Source of the DNA: Bacteriovoracia bacterium
Lineage (GTDB): Bacteria > Bdellovibrionota > Bacteriovoracia > Bacteriovoracales > Bacteriovoracaceae
Assembly: GCA_046569805.1 (NCBI GenBank)
Contig: JBKHVY010000001.1
Location: 1-39,889, forward strand
Length of the DNA stretch: 39,889 nucleotides
Direction: 5' to 3'
Part shown: positions 31,340 through 38,045 of the stretch, one piece after another
Layout: each line of letters starts with the position of its first letter
How positions within the stretch are numbered: position 1 is the first letter of the stretch
Notes under the pieces: generated by a model
Seen by the model: the letters and a program-made list of their open reading frames with translations, nothing else
What the model was told of the DNA's origin: nothing
Databases searched by the model: none
Position numbers and translations under genes: made by a program

Positions 31340-32040
31340 AGCACCGTGTAGTAGCTCGTCGCGATGGCCGGGACGAGAGCGTTGATAAAAGGAACGGCGA
31401 TGAGAATCAGGAACATGAGTCCACTCACGAGGTTACTCGGAAAATTGGTGAGCATGTCCTTAAAACATTCTCCCGCGCTAAGCCCATGGCGTGACCAGGT
31501 ATAGTCGAGATACTGCGACGACATGAGGAGCGCCAGCAGCACGATCGCTAGCGGATAGAAGACGGGAAAGAAATTCAAGACGGTTGCAAAAATCGTGATC
31601 AGCATGATCACGGCGATTTTCTTAAGTTCATTCTTGAGCGTCTTCCCGAGTCGAGAAAACACCGCTCCCAGAGTCGCCTGACGGTTCGCCTCCGGAGTGC
31701 CACCCGTCATTTTCTTTTCGATGCGTGCGCTGATCATGTCGTTGAAGGGCGCCGACACGATGCCGAGGCACAGCACGAAGGTCCAGTTGACCAATAAAAA
31801 AAAGAGAAACATCAGAAGGCCCGAGACGAGGTAGTACAAGATCAGGCCGGCCTCTTTGCTGATGATGTACTTCATGATCAGGACTTCGGCGCTCCCCATC
31901 CCACGCGTCAAGACGTAGCCACCGACCACGGCGTACACACCCAGTGCGATGATCGCTGGAACGATGAATAGGAAGAAGTTGATCGGATCCTTGAACAGGT
32001 GCCGAAGGGCCTCGGGCCAAGTCGAGAAGACGTGTTTCAT
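31303..32040 (-). CDS. integral membrane protein (possibly EI24/CysZ-like)
   Basis: 245 aa with 4-6 TM helices and an ATGA overlap with the upstream DUF309 gene. The EI24/CysZ assignment is a weak impression from size and topology only. Confidence 0.6.
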   Translation of the reverse strand: MKHVFSTWPEALRHLFKDPINFFLFIVPAIIALGVYAVVGGYVLTRGMGSAEVLIMKYIISKEAGLILYYLVSGLLMFLFFLLVNWTFVLCLGIVSAPFNDMISARIEKKMTGGTPEANRQATLGAVFSRLGKTLKNELKKIAVIMLITIFATVLNFFPVFYPLAIVLLALLMSSQYLDYTWSRHGLSAGECFKDMLTNFPSNLVSGLMFLILIAVPFINALVPAIATSYYTVLWNKRQKQNLIA

Positions 32041-32435
32041 TCCATACCTACATAGTGCTTAAATCGGAAATTCCAAATGGGCTCGAAGGGCCTGAGGTCT
32101 TCCGCCTTCTCCGGAACAGCGTTGACCAGCGCCTCGAACTCACTCCATTGTAGCCTGTCTTCGAGCAGCGGGGAGAGAATATGTAGCTCACGGCACTTGC
32201 GAAACTTTTCTCGGGCCTTGTTGATCATGCCCTGTGCCCCGATGAGTTTTCCCTCGCGGTAATGCACCATTGCAGCCGCCACCTGAATGAGGGCCCAATA
32301 GACGTATCTATGGGGATCCTGACGATCCTCAAGCCACACGTGCTCCAGCTCCTCGTGGCACTCCCAGTAGTGCTGAGAGTTGAAGCACTTAATGCCGGAC
32401 ATCATCTTTTCGAGATGTTCAGCATCGAAGGCCAT
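32037..32435 (-). CDS. DUF309-domain protein
   Basis: 132 aa. FNSQHYWECHEELEHVWL...YWALIQVAAAMVHYREGKLIGA matches the DUF309 helical motif (F/Y-x-HE-x-LE-x-W). Its start overlaps the fabI stop (TAATG). Confidence 0.7.
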   Translation of the reverse strand: MAFDAEHLEKMMSGIKCFNSQHYWECHEELEHVWLEDRQDPHRYVYWALIQVAAAMVHYREGKLIGAQGMINKAREKFRKCRELHILSPLLEDRLQWSEFEALVNAVPEKAEDLRPFEPIWNFRFKHYVGME

Positions 32436-33205
32436 TAGAAACCGCCGAGAATCGAAAGACCTGCATCGACGTACAAGATCTGACCAGTGACGCCACCGGA
32501 GAGCTCCGTCGTGAGATACACCGCAGTTCCGGCCACGTCGTCCTGAGAAACACCTTCTTTCATAGGTGCGATCTCTTCGACCTGTGAGAGGAGTGAGCGG
32601 AAGCCCGAAATACCCGACGCCGCGAGCGTCTTAATGGGCCCGGCGGAAATACAGTTCACTTTGATCTTGCGAGGACCGAGGTCGTACGCGAGGTAGCGTG
32701 TAGACGCCTCGAGAGCGGCTTTCGCCACTCCCATGACGTTGTAGTTTTTCACGACTTTCTGTGAACCGTAGTAGGTCATCGCCACAACAGACCCGCCGTC
32801 GTTCATGATCGGCTCGAGGGACTGGCACAGGCCCACCAGAGAGTACGCAGAGATGTCACATGCCATCAAGAAGCCCTTGCGTGAAGTCTGCAAGAATGGC
32901 TTTGAAAGGTCATCCTTATCCGCGAAGGCGAGCGAGTGAATCAGAATATCAAACGTGCCCCACTTCTCTTCAACGGTTTTACGAAGAGCCGCGTAGTGAT
33001 CGTCTTGAGAGACGTCCATCTGAGCGATGAAATCTGCACCGATTTCCTGTGAAAGGGGTTCTACGCGCTTGTGAATAGCGTCGTTCATATAAGTTAGTGC
33101 CAGTGACGCACCTTGTGCTTTGAGTGCTTTCGCAATGCCCCATGCAATCGAGCGGTCGTTAGCGACGCCCAGAATGAGTGCTTTCTTTCCAGTCAGTAAT
33201 CCCAT
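32435..33205 (-). CDS. fabI: enoyl-[acyl-carrier-protein] reductase (NADH), FabI
   Basis: The ORF track starts at 33274. I prefer ATG 33205 (MGLLTGKKALILGVANDRSIAWGIAKAL), the typical FabI N-terminus. The Y-x6-K catalytic pair is in YNVMGVAKAALE, and SAGPIKTLAASGI is conserved. Confidence 0.9.
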   Translation of the reverse strand: MGLLTGKKALILGVANDRSIAWGIAKALKAQGASLALTYMNDAIHKRVEPLSQEIGADFIAQMDVSQDDHYAALRKTVEEKWGTFDILIHSLAFADKDDLSKPFLQTSRKGFLMACDISAYSLVGLCQSLEPIMNDGGSVVAMTYYGSQKVVKNYNVMGVAKAALEASTRYLAYDLGPRKIKVNCISAGPIKTLAASGISGFRSLLSQVEEIAPMKEGVSQDDVAGTAVYLTTELSGGVTGQILYVDAGLSILGGF

Positions 33206-33274
33206 GATGTCCTCATTTGTTCGGTTGACCCCGGTATGGTAGTTTTTCCTACACGAAAGAGCAAAGAGGACCAC

Positions 33275-34405
33275 ATGCAGAAAAAGCTGATTCCGGATTA
33301 TATTGAGAAGCTCGAGGTCTACCAGGCAGGTAAACCGATCGATGAGCTCGCCCGCGAAAAAAATCTTACGCGCATCTCAAAACTCGCGAGTAATGAGAAC
33401 CCCCTAGGCCCCTCACCCATGGCGATTCGAGAAATGACGAATATCCTCTGGGACTCGCACCGCTACCCGGACATGGCCGCTTACCAGCTCAAGAAGTCTC
33501 TGTGTGACCTTTATCGCCTGAAGCCAGAGAACATCGTCCTCGGCAACGGTTCCGAAGGCATCATGGGCTACATCTGCCGCGCCTTTCTCCAAGAAGGTGA
33601 CGAAGTCATCACGGCCACGAACACCTTCATTGGCTTTCTCATCCTCGCGCGCTCTGTGGGTGCAAACCTCATCCAGGTTCCTCGCCGCTCCGACTACAAG
33701 TACGACGTGGAGGCGATGGCAAAGAAGATCACGCCGAATACGAAAGTGCTCTACATCGCAAATCCTGATAACCCCACAGGGACCTACATTACAAAGTCTG
33801 AGTTTGATTTCCTCATGAAGCACGTCTCGCCGCACACCATCGTCATCCTGGACGAGGCGTACTTCGAGTACGCTAAGGAGTGGCCGGACTACCCGGACTC
33901 CATGGATTACCGCTACGACAACGTCGTCACGCTGCGGACGTTCTCTAAAGCCTATGGCCTGGGCGGCGTGCGCGTCGGCTACGGCTTTGGCCACGACTAC
34001 CTCATCGGTGCCCTCCACAAAGTGAAACTTCCCTTCGAGCCGGGCCTCGTGGCGCAGAAGGGCGCCTTCGGAGCGCTGTCAGATCGACCGCACCTTGACC
34101 GGACTTTGCATAATAATAAAGAGCGCTATCAAGACACCTGGGCGTTCCTCAAGCGACACGACTTCAACCCGATCCCATCGGTGTGTAACTTCATCACATT
34201 TAAGACTGGGAGCGAAGAGGCAAGCCTTGCTCTCTACAACGGTCTCCTCGATCACGGCGTCATCATCCGGCCGCTGCGCGCGAATCTCATGCCCGACCAC
34301 GTGCGCGTGAGCCTTGGCACAAAAGACGAGATGAACCATTTCTTCGAAGCGATGGAAGCGGTTCTTCCCGACTACACGAAAAAATACGGCAGGGCCCACA
34401 AATGA
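33275..34405 (+). CDS. hisC: histidinol-phosphate/aromatic aminotransferase (class II PLP aminotransferase)
   Basis: The ORF track starts at 33236. I prefer ATG 33275, preceded by an AGAGGA SD. KLASNENPLGPSP, ANPDNPTGTY, DEAYFEY and the PLP-lysine block RTFSKAYGLGGVRVGY match the HisC family. In this context it may act as a tyrosine/aromatic aminotransferase. Confidence 0.85.
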   Translation: MQKKLIPDYIEKLEVYQAGKPIDELAREKNLTRISKLASNENPLGPSPMAIREMTNILWDSHRYPDMAAYQLKKSLCDLYRLKPENIVLGNGSEGIMGYICRAFLQEGDEVITATNTFIGFLILARSVGANLIQVPRRSDYKYDVEAMAKKITPNTKVLYIANPDNPTGTYITKSEFDFLMKHVSPHTIVILDEAYFEYAKEWPDYPDSMDYRYDNVVTLRTFSKAYGLGGVRVGYGFGHDYLIGALHKVKLPFEPGLVAQKGAFGALSDRPHLDRTLHNNKERYQDTWAFLKRHDFNPIPSVCNFITFKTGSEEASLALYNGLLDHGVIIRPLRANLMPDHVRVSLGTKDEMNHFFEAMEAVLPDYTKKYGRAHK

Positions 34406-35412
34406 AAATTTGCACCTACTCACGACAGACTGTCGCCGGCACAATTAAACGCCTCGGCATCATGGCGTCAGACTCGCTCATCGTTGATCCGAACTTCGTG
34501 CTTCAGGCACTCTACGAGAAAGAGGGCTACTACAACGCAGTCTCACGCGCGCAACACAAGCTTCCCTCCTCGCTTGCGGCCTTCCTCAAGATCTCCGACG
34601 CTCCCCAGGCCGAGCTCCAGGCCACGGTCGGTCACTACTTCAAGCTTGCTCAAGCCGGCGACCTCAAAACACTCTCTGGTGCGGACATCGCGTTTGATCT
34701 TAAAGACACCAAGGGTGTCGGCTTCGACGCTCCCTTAGACGAGATTGGCCTCTACCGCGATTTCTTCGTGCATGAAAAACACGTAAAAACAGGCTTCGCG
34801 AAACGCCAGGAAGAAATTCCCGTCCCATGGTTCGAGATGCCCGTGTACTACAAGGGTGCAACCACGGGCTTCATCGGCCAGGAAGCCACGATCCCATGGC
34901 CCAGCTTCTCTCAGCAGATCGACTACGAACTCGAGCTCGGCGTGGTGATTGGCCGTGACGGAAAGAACATCAAAGCCAAAGACGCCTACAAGCATATTTT
35001 CGGCTTCACCATCTTAAACGACGTCTCTGCGCGCGACATCCAACGCAAAGAGATGCAAGTGCGCCTGGGCCCTGCGAAGGGTAAAGACTGGTGCTCAGTG
35101 ATCGGGCCCGTGATCGTCACCGCTGATGAGTTTGGCGCGAAGGATCCAGATCTCCTCATGACCGCATCCGTGAACGGTGTCGAGTGGTCGCGCGGCCGCT
35201 CGGGAGACGCGAAGTGGAGCTGGGGAGAAATGATCGAGCACCTCACGCGCGACGAATGGATCCGCGCCACGGACTTCCTCGGCTCCGGCACCGTCGGCAC
35301 GGGCTGTGGCCTCGAGCTCGACAAGTGGATTCAACCCGGTGACGTGGTGGAGCTCGAGATCGAACGCATCGGAAAACTCAAGAACCTCGTCGGAACTCCG
35401 CAGAAGGATTAG
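34402..35412 (+). CDS. fumarylacetoacetate hydrolase (FAH)-family protein
   Basis: 336 aa with an ATGA overlap with hisC. The FAH-fold blocks IDYELELGVVIGRDGKNI, FGFTILNDVSARDIQ and GDVVELEIERIG are present. It sits directly upstream of homogentisate dioxygenase. Confidence 0.8.
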   Translation: MKICTYSRQTVAGTIKRLGIMASDSLIVDPNFVLQALYEKEGYYNAVSRAQHKLPSSLAAFLKISDAPQAELQATVGHYFKLAQAGDLKTLSGADIAFDLKDTKGVGFDAPLDEIGLYRDFFVHEKHVKTGFAKRQEEIPVPWFEMPVYYKGATTGFIGQEATIPWPSFSQQIDYELELGVVIGRDGKNIKAKDAYKHIFGFTILNDVSARDIQRKEMQVRLGPAKGKDWCSVIGPVIVTADEFGAKDPDLLMTASVNGVEWSRGRSGDAKWSWGEMIEHLTRDEWIRATDFLGSGTVGTGCGLELDKWIQPGDVVELEIERIGKLKNLVGTPQKD

Positions 35413-35414
35413 TC

Positions 35415-36512
35415 ATGGAAAACTTCAAAGCCTCTGGCACGTACACCAAGCAAGCGCACGTAAAAATCCCTGAAGGACACTACGAAGAGGAACATGGCCG
35501 CAAAGGTTTCTTTGGCCGCGTTTCGCACATCTATCACACGCACATGCCCACCGGCTGGACCAAGATCGACGGCGATCTGCTCCCACGCAATCTCCCACCG
35601 GTCTTCGATGAAGCAACCCTCAAGAATACGTTTACGAAGATCCTCTTCAACGGTGACGTTGAGGTCAGTCTCGGCACCTGGGATAAATCCTTCGACAACT
35701 TTTTCCGCAACGCCGACTTCGACGAAATGCTCTTCGTCCACGATGGGGCGGGGACGTTCGAGACGATCTACGGTCCCCTCGCTTTCAAAAAGGGCGACTA
35801 CGTCGTCATCCCGCGGGGGACGACCTACAAGATGTACCTGACGACTCCCTGCAAGTTCCTCAAGGTCGAGAGTGCCAGCGAGTTCGAGCAGCCGACCCGC
35901 GGAATCCTAGGCCCCAACGCTCTCTACGACCAGACCGCGATCACAACTCCTGAGGCGGCCCACGGGAGCGAGCAAAACCATAAAGAATACACCATCGAGG
36001 TGAAGCGCCTTGGGAAGATCACGCGCGTGACCTATCCGTTTAACCCGCTCGACGCTTCCGGCTGGAAGGGATCGCTCTACCCCTGGAAGCTCTCGATCTA
36101 CGACTACTGTCCGATAAATTCCCACAAATACCACATTCCGCCCTCGGGCCACACCACCATGGTGTGCAAGAACTTCGTGATCTGCTCTTTCGTGGCAAGG
36201 CCCCTCGAGCACGAGTCCGAAGGAGTGCTCAAGGTTCCCTTCTTCCACGCCAACATCGACTACGACGAAGTTCTCTTCTACCACGCCGGTGACTTCTTCA
36301 GTCGCGACAACATCGACGCCGGAGCGCTCACGTTCCATCCACAGGGCGTGCACCACGGGCCACATCCGAAGGCCTTCGAGCGCGGCTCGAAGAAAGAGTT
36401 CACCGACGAGTACGCGGTCATGATCGACACGCGCAATCCGCTGCAGATGACCGAGGAGTTTTCGCGGCTTGAAAACAAAGAGTATTGGAAGTCGTGGATG
36501 AAGCCCGTCTAG
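35415..36512 (+). CDS. hmgA: homogentisate 1,2-dioxygenase (short form)
   Basis: 365 aa, cupin-type. FRNADFDEMLFVHDGAGTFETIYGPLAFKKGDYVVIPRGTTY and ...FHANIDYDEVLFYHAGDFFSR...FHPQGVHHGPHP resemble HGD family blocks. Starts 3 nt after the FAH-family stop. Confidence 0.75.
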   Translation: MENFKASGTYTKQAHVKIPEGHYEEEHGRKGFFGRVSHIYHTHMPTGWTKIDGDLLPRNLPPVFDEATLKNTFTKILFNGDVEVSLGTWDKSFDNFFRNADFDEMLFVHDGAGTFETIYGPLAFKKGDYVVIPRGTTYKMYLTTPCKFLKVESASEFEQPTRGILGPNALYDQTAITTPEAAHGSEQNHKEYTIEVKRLGKITRVTYPFNPLDASGWKGSLYPWKLSIYDYCPINSHKYHIPPSGHTTMVCKNFVICSFVARPLEHESEGVLKVPFFHANIDYDEVLFYHAGDFFSRDNIDAGALTFHPQGVHHGPHPKAFERGSKKEFTDEYAVMIDTRNPLQMTEEFSRLENKEYWKSWMKPV

Positions 36513-36557
36513 GACAGAATTTCAGCCTCTTACGCGCTAGACAAATATCAGTCAGAA

Positions 36558-36586
36558 GCTCGTAGGTTCTTACTTTGAGGTATAAT
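36558..36586 (+). promoter_or_regulatory. putative promoter (perfect -10 TATAAT, weak -35) for the small ORF
   Basis: TATAAT at 36581-36586, 24 nt upstream of the ATG at 36610. I see no convincing -35 hexamer. AAGGAG SD at 36598-36603. Confidence 0.3.
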
Positions 36587-36609
36587 AGTAACTTCACAAG
36601 GAGTGTCTC

Positions 36610-36723
36610 ATGAAATTACTCGTTCTCCTCGCTACCCTCGCTCTCACGATGTCTGCCTTCGCCTGCCCCGGCGGTAAGGATAAGGAAGAAGAGAAAGACG
36701 GGCGCATCACGATCATTCGATAG
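36610..36723 (+). CDS. 37-aa small secreted peptide candidate (not in ORF track)
   Basis: ATG at 36610, 6 nt after the AAGGAG SD. Encodes MKLLVLLATLALTMSAFA|CPGGKDKEEEKDGRITIIR*, a signal peptide with an AxA site followed by a charged 19-aa tail. Codon usage (CTC, GCC, ACG) matches the host genes. TAG at 36721-36723. Confidence 0.45.
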   Translation: MKLLVLLATLALTMSAFACPGGKDKEEEKDGRITIIR

Positions 36724-36735
36724 TTTCCTATGATC

Positions 36736-36762
36736 GGAAGGGTGGACTGGCTCCGCCCTTCC
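36736..36762 (+). other. stable hairpin downstream of the small ORF (no U-tract)
   Basis: ggaagggtgga-ctggc-tccgcccttcc: an 11-bp stem with one G-U pair and a 5-nt loop. There is no T-run on either strand, so its terminator status is uncertain. Confidence 0.4.
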
Positions 36763-36793
36763 TAATCAAAAACTTTGAAGCTATGCTTTGTGC

Positions 36794-37426
36794 ATGACTT
36801 ACCAGAGCTTCCCCACCGACGGCGCCTTCGCTGACAACTATAAGTTCCTCATCGGCAGCATCATTCCGCGTCCGATTGCTGTGATTAGCACCACGAACGT
36901 CGACGGCTCTTTTAACCTCGCACCGTTTTCGTTCTTCACGGCCGTCTCGGCGAAACCCATGGTCATCGCCTTCTCACCCATGGTCCGCTCGAAGGACGGG
37001 TCTCGCAAAGACACGCTCATTAACATCGAGCGCGAGAAGGAATTCGTCGTGAACTTCTGCACCCTCAAGAACTACGAGAAGGTGAACCTCGCCTCGACGG
37101 AGCTTCCTTATGGTGAAGATGAGTTTGCCTTCGCGGGCCTTCACACACTCCCGAGTGATCTCGTTCGCGCGCCACGCATGGCCGAATCCCCCGTGCACTT
37201 CGAGTGCCGCTTGCGGGACATCCTCTGCTACGGCTCGACGCCGGGCGCGGGCTCGCTGGTCACGGGAGAGGTCATCCGCGTTCACGTCGACCCGAGCATC
37301 ATGAAGGACGGCAAGATCCAGACTAATTTACTCCAGGCGGTTGGCCGCGGGGCGGGGAACGACTGGTTTAAGACGGATTCGATCTTCGAGCTCGAGCGCC
37401 TCATGAAGACGCAGATCCAAAAATAA
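36794..37426 (+). CDS. flavin reductase-like (FMN-binding split-barrel) protein
   Basis: The ORF track starts at TTG 36788. ATG at 36794 (MTYQSFP...) is more likely. FKFLIGSIIPRPIAVISTTNVDGSFNLAPFSFFTAVSAKPMVIAFS is the typical flavin-reductase-domain N-terminal block. Confidence 0.8.
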   Translation: MTYQSFPTDGAFADNYKFLIGSIIPRPIAVISTTNVDGSFNLAPFSFFTAVSAKPMVIAFSPMVRSKDGSRKDTLINIEREKEFVVNFCTLKNYEKVNLASTELPYGEDEFAFAGLHTLPSDLVRAPRMAESPVHFECRLRDILCYGSTPGAGSLVTGEVIRVHVDPSIMKDGKIQTNLLQAVGRGAGNDWFKTDSIFELERLMKTQIQK

Positions 37427-37452
37427 CTGAAACTACGCATTATTCAAGATGC

Positions 37453-37482
37453 TTGTACGGCGCTCCTAAGAGTCGCTAAAAT
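37453..37482 (+). promoter_or_regulatory. putative sigma70-type promoter for the terminal two-gene unit
   Basis: TTGTAC (37453-37458), 18-nt spacer, TAAAAT (37477-37482), 26 nt upstream of the ATG at 37509. Pattern match only. Confidence 0.3.
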
Positions 37483-37508
37483 GTCAGGGATTCCACAAAA
37501 GGGTTCCC

Positions 37509-38036
37509 ATGACGTTTCTCCTCAAGCAGATCTTCGGATTCTTTAAGCTCCTCCACTCAGAGACCGGCAACAACCAGCTCGCCTGGGGTATCGCACTCGG
37601 CTTCGTGCTCGGGATGACGCCCGTCCTATCGCTCCAGTCCCTCCTCGTCTTCCTCATTCTCTTCTTCTTCCGGGTGCAGATCGGCGCCGCGTTCCTCGCC
37701 GCGTTCTTCTTCAAGTTCATCGCGTTCCTGCTGGATCCAGTCTTTGATCGCGTGGGCCAGTGGGCTCTCGAGGCGCAGGGCCTGCAATCCCTCTACACCG
37801 ATCTCTACAACATGCCGATCGTTCCCTTCACGCGCTTTAACAACTCCATCGTCATGGGTGCTGGGATCGTAGCGTTCCTCCTTGTTCCCTTCGTGCTCGC
37901 CGGTTCGAAGTGGGCGATCGTGAAGTACCGCGTGGCCGTGGTCGAGCGCTTCCGCGATACGAAGTTGTTCAAGCTCTGGACCAAGACCGCGCTCTACCAG
38001 TGGTACTACAAGTACGACACTTACTTCGGGAACTAA
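37509..38036 (+). CDS. small polytopic membrane protein (DUF2062/TIGR03546-like, from memory)
   Basis: 175 aa with 3-4 TM helices (LAWGIALGFVLGMTPVLSLQSLLVFLILFFF, GAAFLAAFFFKFIAFLL, IVMGAGIVAFLLVPFVLAG). It is paired with the following large gene across a 9-nt gap. Confidence 0.65.
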   Translation: MTFLLKQIFGFFKLLHSETGNNQLAWGIALGFVLGMTPVLSLQSLLVFLILFFFRVQIGAAFLAAFFFKFIAFLLDPVFDRVGQWALEAQGLQSLYTDLYNMPIVPFTRFNNSIVMGAGIVAFLLVPFVLAGSKWAIVKYRVAVVERFRDTKLFKLWTKTALYQWYYKYDTYFGN

Positions 38037-38045
38037 GGACACACC

